DNA from: an uncultured virus (IMG/VR IMGVR_UViG_3300005239_003333)
Taxonomy: Duplodnaviria > Heunggongvirae > Uroviricota > Caudoviricetes
IMG/VR virus record: IMGVR_UViG_3300005239_003333
Reading direction: 5' to 3' (one strand)
Length of the DNA stretch: 35,975 nucleotides
Notes under the pieces: generated by a model
Databases searched by the model: none
What the model saw: the letters and a program-made list of their open reading frames with translations, nothing else
Told to the model about the DNA's origin: nothing
Part shown: in pieces, positions 19,421 through 28,697 of the stretch
How positions within the stretch are numbered: position 1 is the stretch's first letter
How the letters are laid out: every line of letters starts with the position of its first letter
Program-made: the position numbers and the translations under genes

Positions 19421-19852
19421 ATGGATACGGGTATATGGAAAGTTTACGGTGAAATACCGGCAGACGCTTTTGGGTTTATATACGAGATTACTAATATTAC
19501 TAATAGTAAAAAATATATTGGTAAAAAACAGATGGTGCGTAAAATTAGACGTCAACCTCTAAAGGGTAAGAAGCGTAAGCGTATAGATTTTGTTGAAAGT
19601 GACTGGAAAACCTATACGGGCTCGTCAGATGCTCTTAATATAGACATAGCCACATTAGGTCTAGATCAATTTGTATTTAAAATTTTAAAATTTTGCGGTA
19701 GTAAGTTCGAACTCTCTTATTTTGAAGCTAAAATGCAGTTTGAAAAAGATGTATTATTGAGTGAAGACTATTATAATGGTATTATAAACTGCAGAATAGG
19801 TAAAGCTCCGAAACTGTTCTTGGAACAGTATTATAATCAAGATAATGGCTAA
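19421..19852 (+). CDS. GIY-YIG family nuclease (Seg-like catalytic domain only)
   Basis: GFIYEITN..KKYIGKK, ESDWKTYTGSS, conserved E (YFEAK) and YYN. Confidence 0.85.
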   Translation: MDTGIWKVYGEIPADAFGFIYEITNITNSKKYIGKKQMVRKIRRQPLKGKKRKRIDFVESDWKTYTGSSDALNIDIATLGLDQFVFKILKFCGSKFELSYFEAKMQFEKDVLLSEDYYNGIINCRIGKAPKLFLEQYYNQDNG

Positions 19853-20405
19853 CCTTGATCTTGGAGTTTATAACTTATCCCTAGTTAATTGCAATAGAAT
19901 ATTTGTAAAATATGCTAGTGATAGTATAGTAAATGACCTCCACAAATATGGGTTATTAGAAAAAAGCTTATCAAATACGACCGTTCGTAAGATATTCTAC
20001 CACTACACCATTCTTAATTTTTGTGATGCTATCCTAAAAAATAAAACAGATAAGAAAAGTGTACTGTTTTTTAACAATACTCAATTAGAGGACTGCTCTT
20101 TATTACAGTTTTTTAACGAAGACGAAGTTATAAAGTATATTTCAGCAGTTATTAATAGAATGAAGCTTATTTTACCCGTTAAAACATATATTAGTAGATA
20201 TAGTATACCATATTTTAAACATTTATTAGAAAAACAACAAGGTCGAGGACATATGTTATTGAATGATATTCAGCAAAATACAGCGAAAGACTTTACAAAG
20301 TATTCTTTTAGTAGAGCAAAGCAATTTGCTAAGAGGTATGAGCTGATATGGCTCAATCAAGAGTATTTTAACTATTTGTCAACTAAATTTCTATTGATTA
20401 AATAA
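19845..20405 (+). CDS. Hypothetical protein
   Basis: 186-aa ORF overlapping the upstream stop; TATAAT-N7-ATG. Confidence 0.65.
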   Translation: MANLDLGVYNLSLVNCNRIFVKYASDSIVNDLHKYGLLEKSLSNTTVRKIFYHYTILNFCDAILKNKTDKKSVLFFNNTQLEDCSLLQFFNEDEVIKYISAVINRMKLILPVKTYISRYSIPYFKHLLEKQQGRGHMLLNDIQQNTAKDFTKYSFSRAKQFAKRYELIWLNQEYFNYLSTKFLLIK

Positions 20406-20408
20406 ATA
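20403..20408 (+). promoter_or_regulatory. T4-type late promoter core TAAATA
   Basis: AATAAATA-TTATT-ATG(20414), the same 16-mer as at 3813. Confidence 0.75.
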
Positions 20409-20413
20409 TTATT

Positions 20414-20743
20414 ATGGATAACTATACAAAGCTAGCAAATTCTATTCTTAGAGAATCATCACCAACGTTTTCTTTAGAGATTGAAACAGAAGAAGAAGAG
20501 ATTCGCTCATTAGATGGGTTTTTTAGTGATGAAGAAGCTTATGTTGAAGATGATGAAGGTTTAAAAAAATTAGGCCTCACTGATGATGATATTAATGCAG
20601 TTAATGTCGCGAAGAAGCTCGCTACTAAGGCAGGAGGAGCAGGAGCTGCCATGTTAACGCAAAATAGAATGAACGCAGCTTACGGAGATCTAATGAGAAA
20701 AGTTGCTAAAAAAGTAAGTACTGTAGCGAAGGCTATAAAATAA
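20414..20743 (+). CDS. Late hypothetical protein (acidic N-half, basic C-half)
   Basis: Late promoter; N-terminus ends ILRE|S. Confidence 0.7.
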   Translation: MDNYTKLANSILRESSPTFSLEIETEEEEIRSLDGFFSDEEAYVEDDEGLKKLGLTDDDINAVNVAKKLATKAGGAGAAMLTQNRMNAAYGDLMRKVAKKVSTVAKAIK

Positions 20744-20750
20744 TTTTAAA

Positions 20751-21065
20751 ATGAAATTTCTTAAAAAGGTATATGATCTTAATTTAATTAACGAAGCTGA
20801 TGAAGCTCCGCCACCTCCTGGTATGGAAGCTGAAGAGCCTGCAGAAGCTACGGCACCTGAAGAGGTAACTACCCCGTTATCTCCCGAAGCTGAGGTAATG
20901 TATATTAGATTACTCAAAAAAGCTATGGTAATGAAATTAGATCCTGAGGATTTAGATGCTGTTGTAGGCTTGGCGGATGTAAATGAATCAAATGCTAAAT
21001 CCGTTTTTGCTGATATTCTTAAAGTAATAAAAAGCTATTCGACAGAGATAGATATTGACGTATGA
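20751..21065 (+). CDS. Acidic/Pro-rich late hypothetical protein
   Basis: Co-oriented operon member; N-terminus MKFLKKVYDLNLINE|A. Confidence 0.7.
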   Translation: MKFLKKVYDLNLINEADEAPPPPGMEAEEPAEATAPEEVTTPLSPEAEVMYIRLLKKAMVMKLDPEDLDAVVGLADVNESNAKSVFADILKVIKSYSTEIDIDV

Positions 21066-22300
21066 GCTGGAAATCGTTAACAGATGTTTACTTGCAGGAA
21101 GCTGCTGGTAAAAATGTACCTAAATTACCGAGACAACAGGTAGTTGGCGAAGGATCGGCTGCAGATCACAATATTAACGATAGAAATAATATCGGCTATA
21201 AAGACCCTAAGACGAAAGAGTGGGTATTTATGAGAGCGTCTGACACATATGTTGATAATATTACAAAAGCTTCTTTGGATGTTACAGAATCTGGGTCATA
21301 NNNNNNNNNNNNNNNNNNNNNNNNNNNNNNNNNNNNNNNNNNNNNNNNNNNNNNNNNNNNNNNNNNNNNNNNNNNNNNNNNNNNNNNNNNNNNNNNNNNN
21401 NNNNNNNNNNNNNNNNNNNNNNNNNNNNNNNNNNNNNNNNNNNNNNNNNNNNNNNNNNNNNNNNNNNNNNNNNNNNNNNNNNNNNNNNNNNNNNNNNNNN
21501 NNNNNNNNNNNNNNNNNNNNNNNNNNNNNNNNNNNNNNNNNNNNNNNNNNNNNNNNNNNNNNNNNNNNNNNNNNNNNNNNNNNNNNNNNNNNNNNNNNNN
21601 NNNNNNNNNNNNNNNNNNNNNNNNNNNNNNNNNNNNNNNNNNNNNNNNNNNNNNNNNNNNNNNNNNNNNNNNNNNNNNNNNNNNNNNNNNNNNNNNNNNN
21701 NNNNNNNNNNNNNNNNNNNNNNNNNNNNNNNNNNNNNNNNNNNNNNNNNNNNNNNNNNNNNNNNNNNNNNNNNNNNNNNNNNNNNNNNNNNNNNNNNNNN
21801 NNNNNNNNNNNNNNNNNNNNNNNNNNNNNNNNNNNNNNNNNNNNNNNNNNNNNNNNNNNNNNNNNNNNNNNNNNNNNNNNNNNNNNNNNNNNNNNNNNNN
21901 NNNNNNNNNNNNNNNNNNNNNNNNNNNNNNNNNNTTATCTGACTTCCTAGGCGACATGAGCGGTGTTGGGATAGATTCAGCTGATATATCAGCGTTTAAT
22001 AACATTAAAGTAACTGATTGGTTTGATCAAAATAATAAGGCGGCAAGAGGCTATGGCGGTGATTCTACTTATAATACATTAGTACACCTTATTGGTGCTA
22101 TTCAAATGAAAGATTATTTTAATAAAATAAAAGAGTTTCAATACCTTGGTGTCTTTAATGAAAGAGGTGATATAGCTGGATTTAAAAGAGAGGCAATAAC
22201 TAATTCCTCTGCGCAAGATATTGTTAATATGTTAAAAGCTAAAGGAGTATACTTTACGCCGAGACTAGATAAGGAAGGATTTTCTGTAACTTTAGGATGA
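21062..22300 (+). CDS. Hypothetical protein interrupted by an N-gap (one gene or two)
   Basis: Open on both sides of the gap, with ATGA overlaps to both neighbours. Confidence 0.55.
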   Translation: MSWKSLTDVYLQEAAGKNVPKLPRQQVVGEGSAADHNINDRNNIGYKDPKTKEWVFMRASDTYVDNITKASLDVTESGSXXXXXXXXXXXXXXXXXXXXXXXXXXXXXXXXXXXXXXXXXXXXXXXXXXXXXXXXXXXXXXXXXXXXXXXXXXXXXXXXXXXXXXXXXXXXXXXXXXXXXXXXXXXXXXXXXXXXXXXXXXXXXXXXXXXXXXXXXXXXXXXXXXXXXXXXXXXXXXXXXXXXXXXXXXXXXXXXXXXXXXXXXXXXXXXXXXXXXXXXXXXXXXXXXXXXLSDFLGDMSGVGIDSADISAFNNIKVTDWFDQNNKAARGYGGDSTYNTLVHLIGAIQMKDYFNKIKEFQYLGVFNERGDIAGFKREAITNSSAQDIVNMLKAKGVYFTPRLDKEGFSVTLG

Positions 22301-24195
22301 AGACTTTCAAACAACATCACGATGTAATATTAGAATTTTTTGACGCAATTGACGGAGCTGTAAAGCATATCGATCATTTAGAAGAAAATATACTTAATAA
22401 AGGTAAGCAGGGTGTTATAGAAGCTATAAAACAAATTGAATCGTCTATTTCATACTTTGTAGATGAGTCTGACTATAAAATCTCTACTAAATTTGACGGA
22501 GCTCCTGCTATCGTTGCAGGATTAGATACAAACGGTAAGTTTTTCGTTGCTAGTAAGTCAGCTTTCGCTAAAAATCCCAAAATTAACTATACTGACCAAG
22601 ATATCGTTGATAATCACGGTACGGGTGGCTTAGCTGATAAGTTAAAGCTAGCTTTACGCTATTTACCATCATTAAACCTTAAAGGTATCTATCAAATGGA
22701 TTATATGTTTGATCCTCAAATGAAAGAGTACGAAACTCCTGAAAATATTGATGGTGTTAAGAATGAAAATCGATTTTTAACGTTTACACCTAATACAATT
22801 AAGTATGCTGTAACGGGTAATAGCCCATACGGTGATCAGATCGCTAAATCTAAAATTGGAGTAGCCATTCATATCGAATATATGATACAAAACGGTATTT
22901 TGAAGGTTAAAAAGTATACTTCATCTCCAGACGAGTTTACACCATCAAATACTGTATTTGTTTTTAATGTATTAGCTGATAAACCCAAGAATAGTAAGTC
23001 AACCTTCAGTAAATTACTGCTAAAAGACGTACAGACTAAGAAGAAACGGTTAATTAAGTTAGCTGACAAGGTAGATTTTAGCGCTCTAGACGATTTTACG
23101 GCGACTCTCAAGGCGTATATTAATTCGGAAATAAGATCCGGCAGATTTCTAGAAGATACTGCGATATCTACTGAAGAATATGTAAATTACATCTCAAATC
23201 GCTTTGCTAAAGATATGGAAAAGCTAAAAAGTGAAAAAGGTAAGGCTAAAAAAGCAGAACAAATGAAGTCAACTATGTCTTCTCTTAAAAAACTTAAGCC
23301 ATCTATTAAGAATGCTTTTGAAATTACTAAAATCATAGCTAATCTAAAGAATAATCTTATAAAAATCTTTAATGAAATAACTCAGAACGATCTTTTAGGT
23401 ACATATCTAGAGGAAAGCCCAAATAATTGGCAGACAACAGCGCCAGAAGGGTTTGCTTTATCGAAAGTTACAGCAGACGGTGCTCAAATTACTAAAATGG
23501 TTGACAGAGAAGAGTTTAGTCGTGCTAATTTCGGTACAGGTAAGCCAACTTCGCCTGAAACTAAAGAAGATCAAGAGTCATACATAAAAAATCCTCCAGT
23601 GCGTGGAGATTTCTACGGTAAAGGACGATTTTCAATGACTGTCGGCGAGAAGTTTAAGAGTTTATATGATAATATCGTAAATGAAAGTGAAGATCGTGAA
23701 ACTGTAGCGTTATACCCCGGGGGCTATAAGCCACCTACAAAAGGTCACTACCATTCATTCGATTATATCTTACAAGATGCAGATAAAGGTGTTATTTTTA
23801 TAGGTAAAAAAGAAAGAGACGGTATTACTGCAGAACAATCTAAGCAAATATGGGAAATCTACGCAAAAACGTTAGGTAAGCCAGTTGAAGTTATAATTTC
23901 TGATGTAACTCCTGTAAAATCTGTATATGATTATGCTGATAGTAATAAAGATCTTAATATTATCGTAGGGGCTGGTGATAAAGACGATGACGTTGCAAGA
24001 TATTCATACTTTGAAAAGAATATAGAAACATATCCACTAGTTAGAGTGGTTAAAATACCTATTCAATCAGAAGGTATATCAGGTACTAAGACTAGAGAGT
24101 TAATTTCTCAAGATATCGATAAAGCTATCGAATATTTCGTACCTAGTTCAGTATCGCCCGATGATAGGTCTAAGATTCGCGATCTTCTACGTTAG
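22297..24195 (+). CDS. DUF6267-like ligase-fold nucleotidyltransferase fused to a HIGH-type (cytidyltransferase-like) domain
   Basis: HIDHLEE, TKFDGAPA (KxDG), YQMDYMF, FTPNTIKY, PEGFAL, KMVDREEFSRANF. C-domain YPGGYKPPTKGH and ISGTKTRE. Confidence 0.8.
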   Translation: MKTFKQHHDVILEFFDAIDGAVKHIDHLEENILNKGKQGVIEAIKQIESSISYFVDESDYKISTKFDGAPAIVAGLDTNGKFFVASKSAFAKNPKINYTDQDIVDNHGTGGLADKLKLALRYLPSLNLKGIYQMDYMFDPQMKEYETPENIDGVKNENRFLTFTPNTIKYAVTGNSPYGDQIAKSKIGVAIHIEYMIQNGILKVKKYTSSPDEFTPSNTVFVFNVLADKPKNSKSTFSKLLLKDVQTKKKRLIKLADKVDFSALDDFTATLKAYINSEIRSGRFLEDTAISTEEYVNYISNRFAKDMEKLKSEKGKAKKAEQMKSTMSSLKKLKPSIKNAFEITKIIANLKNNLIKIFNEITQNDLLGTYLEESPNNWQTTAPEGFALSKVTADGAQITKMVDREEFSRANFGTGKPTSPETKEDQESYIKNPPVRGDFYGKGRFSMTVGEKFKSLYDNIVNESEDRETVALYPGGYKPPTKGHYHSFDYILQDADKGVIFIGKKERDGITAEQSKQIWEIYAKTLGKPVEVIISDVTPVKSVYDYADSNKDLNIIVGAGDKDDDVARYSYFEKNIETYPLVRVVKIPIQSEGISGTKTRELISQDIDKAIEYFVPSSVSPDDRSKIRDLLR

Positions 24196-24790
24196 CATTT
24201 AATGCTTCGTATTCCATATAGTGGAAAACTGATGACAAATAATCAGCTGCTTTCGTTATTTTACTAGCTGTCCATCCCTCAAGGTTATCTACATTTTCAA
24301 TATGGTTAAATAATTTAACTGCGTAGTCAGCTGCTTTAAGTAATTCAGCTCTAGCCATGTCAAGTTCACCGTCGTAATCAACGTCGCCCTCTTCCTGATC
24401 GCACCCGCAATCATCTTCGCATCCACAACCATCACTCTGTTCATCAGTGTCACCAGCTTGTATATATATATGCTCTTCATCAGACGATTGTCGTATAGGT
24501 GCACCTGCGCCTCTTTTTAAAGGCTTTGTATTGCCGATTGCAGTTATAGTTATCGTTGAAGGAGTGTTAGGACCTAATCCCATATCATCTTCTTCTGCTG
24601 CCTTCTCTTCTTCATCGTTTGGATTAACATATGTAGGATCTGATCTATATTTCGGCCCGCCTCTGCCATCAGAATCAGCGTCACCTTTTCTTAACCTACC
24701 AGCGCTATCAAAATGCTTCCCTTTAGGCGCCTCTTTCGCTTCATTTATTATATTATATTGGCTAAATATTTGACTAGACTCGTTATCCAT
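24170..24790 (-). CDS. Late hypothetical protein with a helical C-terminal module (MARAEL..LEGWTASKITKAADYL)
   Basis: Start reassigned to ATG 24790 by TAAATA-N5-ATG. The C-terminal module resembles one recurrent in marine T4-like phages. Confidence 0.7.
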   Translation of the reverse strand: MDNESSQIFSQYNIINEAKEAPKGKHFDSAGRLRKGDADSDGRGGPKYRSDPTYVNPNDEEEKAAEEDDMGLGPNTPSTITITAIGNTKPLKRGAGAPIRQSSDEEHIYIQAGDTDEQSDGCGCEDDCGCDQEEGDVDYDGELDMARAELLKAADYAVKLFNHIENVDNLEGWTASKITKAADYLSSVFHYMEYEALNANVEDRES

Positions 24791-24795
24791 ATTAT

Positions 24796-24808
24796 TATTT
24801 ATTAAATA
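24796..24808. promoter_or_regulatory. Back-to-back late promoters
   Basis: TAAATA on minus (24801-24796, N5, ATG 24790) and on plus (24803-24808, N5, ATG 24814). Confidence 0.8.
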
Positions 24809-24813
24809 ATTAC

Positions 24814-25125
24814 ATGACCTTCGACAAACTTTATAATACATTAATGGAATCATTTGATGAAGATGCGGAATACAGGGGTAGAAAAGTTAGTCTCAATAAA
24901 CCAACCCGTGGAGATGTTAAGAAATTTAAAGTTTATGTAAAGGATCCAAAGACAGGTAATGTAAAAAAAGTTAACTTTGGACATGGCGGTACTTCTGCTA
25001 AAAGAAAGACGATGAGAATTCGAAAGAGTAATCCAAAAGCTCGTAAATCCTTTAGAGCTCGTCACAATTGTGATAGCCCGGGACCTAAAACAAAAGCAAG
25101 ATATTGGTCTTGTAGAAAGTGGTAA
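24814..25125 (+). CDS. DUF6321-like basic protein
   Basis: AEYRGRKVSLNKP, KKFKVYV, KKVNFG, RKSFRARHNC, ARYWSCRKW. Confidence 0.75.
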   Translation: MTFDKLYNTLMESFDEDAEYRGRKVSLNKPTRGDVKKFKVYVKDPKTGNVKKVNFGHGGTSAKRKTMRIRKSNPKARKSFRARHNCDSPGPKTKARYWSCRKW

Positions 25126-25130
25126 ATAAT

Positions 25131-25499
25131 ATGAAAACGTTTAAAATATTTTTTGAAGATAAATCAAGCTACATTGGCAAGACTGTAGTGTATGCAACTC
25201 GAGATACCTCGGGTGGAGGGACAACAAGCTTTACCAGAAAGAGTGAAGTTGTTGACCATAATGAGAAATTTAATGTCCTCACACTTGCCGATGGTACAAA
25301 GGTTAACACTGTAGTACATCAGCGAAAGGATAAGAATCTTTATAATAAAAGAGACTTTTACATCGATAGTTCAGTCTCCGAAGAAGATGCTCAAGATAGA
25401 TGTAAAAGAAAAGCTGATAGCGTATATGGTAAAAAGACTTCAGCTTATAAGTCTGGCGCTATAGTTAGATGTCGTAGTGGTAAAATCTGGAAAAAGTAA
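25131..25499 (+). CDS. Late hypothetical protein with a C-terminal D-x-C...SAY.SGA.V.CR module
   Basis: ATG 25131 gives MKTFKIFFE; C-terminal DRCKRKADSVYGKKTSAYKSGAIVRCR. Confidence 0.7.
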   Translation: MKTFKIFFEDKSSYIGKTVVYATRDTSGGGTTSFTRKSEVVDHNEKFNVLTLADGTKVNTVVHQRKDKNLYNKRDFYIDSSVSEEDAQDRCKRKADSVYGKKTSAYKSGAIVRCRSGKIWKK

Positions 25500-25510
25500 T
25501 AAATCTTTAT

Positions 25511-26161
25511 ATGAGAGATAAGCTTACTGTCCTTGTAAATACTTGCGATAAATATGAATTTTTATGGAATGATTTTAAAGAATTGTATGATAAAAATTTT
25601 CCTAATGCTTTAAATTTAGAAGTATGTCTATTATCTCAAACCAAGACATCTCCACTATTTGATAGATGTTTTACCCCAGGTCCAATTCAATTTAGTAATG
25701 CAGTTGAATATGCATTAGATAAAATAGAAACTCCATATATACTTTGGCTCCAAGATGATTACTTTTTTACAGATAAAGTAACATCAGATGAAATGTATCG
25801 GTATTTAGATTTATGTGACAAATATAAGGCTGATAGATTGGCTGTAAGTTATAATGGACATACCTACAGTAACTTTAGAATACCGTATGAAGATAATCTA
25901 TTTAAGTTTCATGAACAGAGTGATTATACTATATCTCTACAGACTTCAATTTTTCGAAAAGATTTTCTACTCGATATATTAAAAGGGGAATCATGGAGCC
26001 CTTGGCAGTTAGAAATAGATGGTACGAGAAAAATAAACACTCAAGGTAAATCAATAAATATATATATGTGTGAGAGACGCTTTTACGAAGAAGCAATGCG
26101 CAAGGGTCAACCGACAGATTTTTATAAAAAATTCCTACGAGAAAAATATGAGACAGTTTGA
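25511..26161 (+). CDS. GT-A-like glycosyltransferase
   Basis: VLVNTCDKY..LW, IETPYILWLQDDYF, ISLQTSIFRK, SPWQLE; preceded by TAAATC-N5-ATG. Confidence 0.65.
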   Translation: MRDKLTVLVNTCDKYEFLWNDFKELYDKNFPNALNLEVCLLSQTKTSPLFDRCFTPGPIQFSNAVEYALDKIETPYILWLQDDYFFTDKVTSDEMYRYLDLCDKYKADRLAVSYNGHTYSNFRIPYEDNLFKFHEQSDYTISLQTSIFRKDFLLDILKGESWSPWQLEIDGTRKINTQGKSINIYMCERRFYEEAMRKGQPTDFYKKFLREKYETV

Positions 26162-26429
26162 TACATTAGTTGAATACTACCTAACAGAAGCTAGTGATAG
26201 TTTACATCAGTGGTTTAAGAGAGGCAGTACAGATCCCAAGACCGGTAAAAAGTTTAAGGGTTGGATAAACTGTAAGACCGGGGGACCTTGTGGTCGAAAA
26301 TCTAAAAAATCCAAAGGAAGTTACCCGGCTTGTCGGCCTACGAAAGCTGCATGTAAAAAAATTAAGGGTAAAATGTATAAAAAAAAGAGCTCTAAGAGAG
26401 TTAATTGGAAAAAAACTAAAAGTCAATAA
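26148..26429 (+). CDS. Small basic Cys-containing protein (DUF5872-like)
   Basis: Start ATG 26148; SLHQWFK, GWINCKTGGPCGRKS, YPACRP. Confidence 0.7.
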   Translation: MRQFDTLVEYYLTEASDSLHQWFKRGSTDPKTGKKFKGWINCKTGGPCGRKSKKSKGSYPACRPTKAACKKIKGKMYKKKSSKRVNWKKTKSQ

Positions 26430-26432
26430 ATA
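26427..26432 (+). promoter_or_regulatory. T4-type late promoter core TAAATA
   Basis: AATAAATA-TTGAC-ATG(26438). Confidence 0.7.
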
Positions 26433-26437
26433 TTGAC

Positions 26438-27397
26438 ATGGCAATTGTCCCGTTAGCTAAAGATGTCAGTGTTAAAACGATCCGTGATGTTATAAACCAA
26501 AAAGCAATCATGCTTGGTCAAGTGAGATCTCGTGGCACATCCTATACCAACTATGGTTACGATAAAAAGACTGGTTATGTACAGGCTCATATAAAGAATA
26601 TATCAGCTAGTACTATTAACATTACCGCCACATTAGAAAAAGCTACCGGCAATGTACAGGAAACTTTTAATTTAGCAGCAGGAGCTACAAAATTTTTGGA
26701 TTATCAAGGGTTACGTGGTAAGGTAGGAGGATATACTAAAGCACGTTGGACGGGAGGTAACCCTGCTGCGTCATATACCGGTAATCGAGATCATGATTTA
26801 TCATTTGTAGAGAACGCAGGTGGTGGTCGATCAGCGAGCGTCAATAATATTAATATACATACTAAAAGCTCGAAACATTACTACCCCGTTGTGTTTGGAA
26901 ACAATTATTCTGTCGTTAATATTAGTCATACAAATAACTGGAATATTAAAGACGGTATAAATCAACCACCAATTCTAGAAGGCACTCCAAATTCAATTGA
27001 TAATAAGTTAAGTAATTGGAGAGGTGCGCAAGTTATGCAAGGGACGGCCGTCATACGGTCTTCTAGGTTAGGTTATTATGGCGATGATAAAAAAGAGGGT
27101 TATATATCTGTCAGGCTTGATCCCCCTGCGTTCAGTACTGGTCCGATTACTGTTTCTATACGTAATAGCACTATAAACAAAGATATAACTAAGACTATAT
27201 CTAGTAGCAACAGTACTACCTTTACATTTAATAATTTATTAGGCGCGCGTACATTTAAAATATATATTAAAGACACTTTAACAGGTACAAGTATGATGCA
27301 GACATATGGAATAAGCCAAGTATCATATAACCAATCTAAAACCCATAAATCATACTCATTTAATGGCCCTGATCGCTTCCTAGCTTTCACTTTTTAA
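26438..27397 (+). CDS. S/T/N/G-rich beta-strand protein, possible virion surface/fibre protein
   Basis: Late promoter; composition typical of structural proteins; no catalytic motif seen. Confidence 0.55.
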   Translation: MAIVPLAKDVSVKTIRDVINQKAIMLGQVRSRGTSYTNYGYDKKTGYVQAHIKNISASTINITATLEKATGNVQETFNLAAGATKFLDYQGLRGKVGGYTKARWTGGNPAASYTGNRDHDLSFVENAGGGRSASVNNINIHTKSSKHYYPVVFGNNYSVVNISHTNNWNIKDGINQPPILEGTPNSIDNKLSNWRGAQVMQGTAVIRSSRLGYYGDDKKEGYISVRLDPPAFSTGPITVSIRNSTINKDITKTISSSNSTTFTFNNLLGARTFKIYIKDTLTGTSMMQTYGISQVSYNQSKTHKSYSFNGPDRFLAFTF

Positions 27398-27415
27398 GAC
27401 GATAAATATTTTATT

Positions 27416-28120
27416 ATGATATGTGATATAATTAAAGCTATCAACAGCAAGGTTAAAATCTGTCTCAAAGATTCATCAGAATACTATTTTATTGAAAGTT
27501 TAACGCTTATAGATGGTAATTCTATAGAGTTTGAAGATTCTCTTAGTAGGAAAAAAATTACTTTACAAAATATCCTGGTTGAGGAAATGAGTATAATAAC
27601 TTTCGGTATTAATACAGTACCTACTCAATCAATTATTAATGATATTAATGACGGTGTTAATGATTTTTTTACAGAAAATCAAGAAAGTCATAATATATCT
27701 AATAAGGAGTTTGATGCTCTAGTAGATAAATGTAGAGAATATATTGAGTATTTTAATGATAGCATTGTGCTGATAAAAAAAGCTGTTGTAGAAAATAATA
27801 CAGTAGATTTAGAACGTCTGAAAGCTTTAGGCTCTAATAGGGTAATATCATTACCGTTAGCAACTATGGAGGAAAATTTATATATTAGAAATTTATACTG
27901 GAAACTTATAGATACAAAATTAAACGAAGCGATTGCTGAAATTGATAGTAGTTTAGAGGGTATCGATGATGAAGATTTTATAGAAGAAGCTAAAATTATA
28001 AAAAGTGATCTTCAACAAAATGTATTAGATTTTGAAGAGCATATGAAGGGGGTTACATACGATAGGTTGTTTAATCAATGGCCTACTCTTTTGAATCCGT
28101 CTCCATTTAGCAATGTCTAG
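27416..28120 (+). CDS. Acidic hypothetical protein
   Basis: 234-aa ORF after GATAAATA-N7-ATG, ending WPTLLNPSPF. Confidence 0.65.
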   Translation: MICDIIKAINSKVKICLKDSSEYYFIESLTLIDGNSIEFEDSLSRKKITLQNILVEEMSIITFGINTVPTQSIINDINDGVNDFFTENQESHNISNKEFDALVDKCREYIEYFNDSIVLIKKAVVENNTVDLERLKALGSNRVISLPLATMEENLYIRNLYWKLIDTKLNEAIAEIDSSLEGIDDEDFIEEAKIIKSDLQQNVLDFEEHMKGVTYDRLFNQWPTLLNPSPFSNV

Positions 28121-28697
28121 TATAATTATAGTAGGCAACGGCGAGGGCGTCTTAGATAAAAAAAATGGCGATTTAATTGATAGTTTCGAAACAGTCGTTC
28201 GTTTAGGAAGATATGTTACAGACGGGTTTGAGGATTTTGTAGGTTCAAAAACAGATATTATATCAACAATTTATTGGAAGTTAGATATAGATAGGCTTGC
28301 TAAGACAAAGGTTATATTGAATGTGCCTCTGCATTTACAGGCTAATTTTTTAGAAAGTGAAGAATATATAGAGGATACACTCTCGTCATATAAATCTAAT
28401 ATAATATATTTAAATAAAGAAGAAGATAAAGAGCAGTTAATTAAAGAGTATACTGATATTTTACCGCCTTTTAGAGATATACAAAATATTAATTTTTCAC
28501 TAGGATTTAAAACTTTATTTTTTATAAAAAAACTTTTTCCAGAAAAAAAGATATTTACAACAGGCTTTGACTTTTTTAAAACCGGGTGGTATTGGGATGT
28601 AAATCATAATAGAGACGATACAAATATGCATCCATATACCTGGGAGAGACTTTGGTATGCGAGAATGAAAAGTATGGGCAACATAAATGAAATCTAA
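28113..28697 (+). CDS. GT29 (sialyltransferase-like) glycosyltransferase
   Basis: Sialylmotif L-like IIVGNG..L...GDLIDSFETVVR...GFEDFVGSKTD, S-like SLGF...TGFDFF, VS-like HPYTWE. Confidence 0.75.
   Translation: MSSIIIVGNGEGVLDKKNGDLIDSFETVVRLGRYVTDGFEDFVGSKTDIISTIYWKLDIDRLAKTKVILNVPLHLQANFLESEEYIEDTLSSYKSNIIYLNKEEDKEQLIKEYTDILPPFRDIQNINFSLGFKTLFFIKKLFPEKKIFTTGFDFFKTGWYWDVNHNRDDTNMHPYTWERLWYARMKSMGNINEI

Noticed and set aside
19421..19852. GIY-YIG gene as a mobile homing endonuclease or intron
   Set aside because: It has only the catalytic domain, with no C-terminal DNA-binding repeats and no interrupted host gene.
25123..25128. TAAATA before 25131 as a late promoter
   Set aside because: It lies only 2 nt from the ATG and includes the upstream stop codon, so it does not fit the N5 rule.
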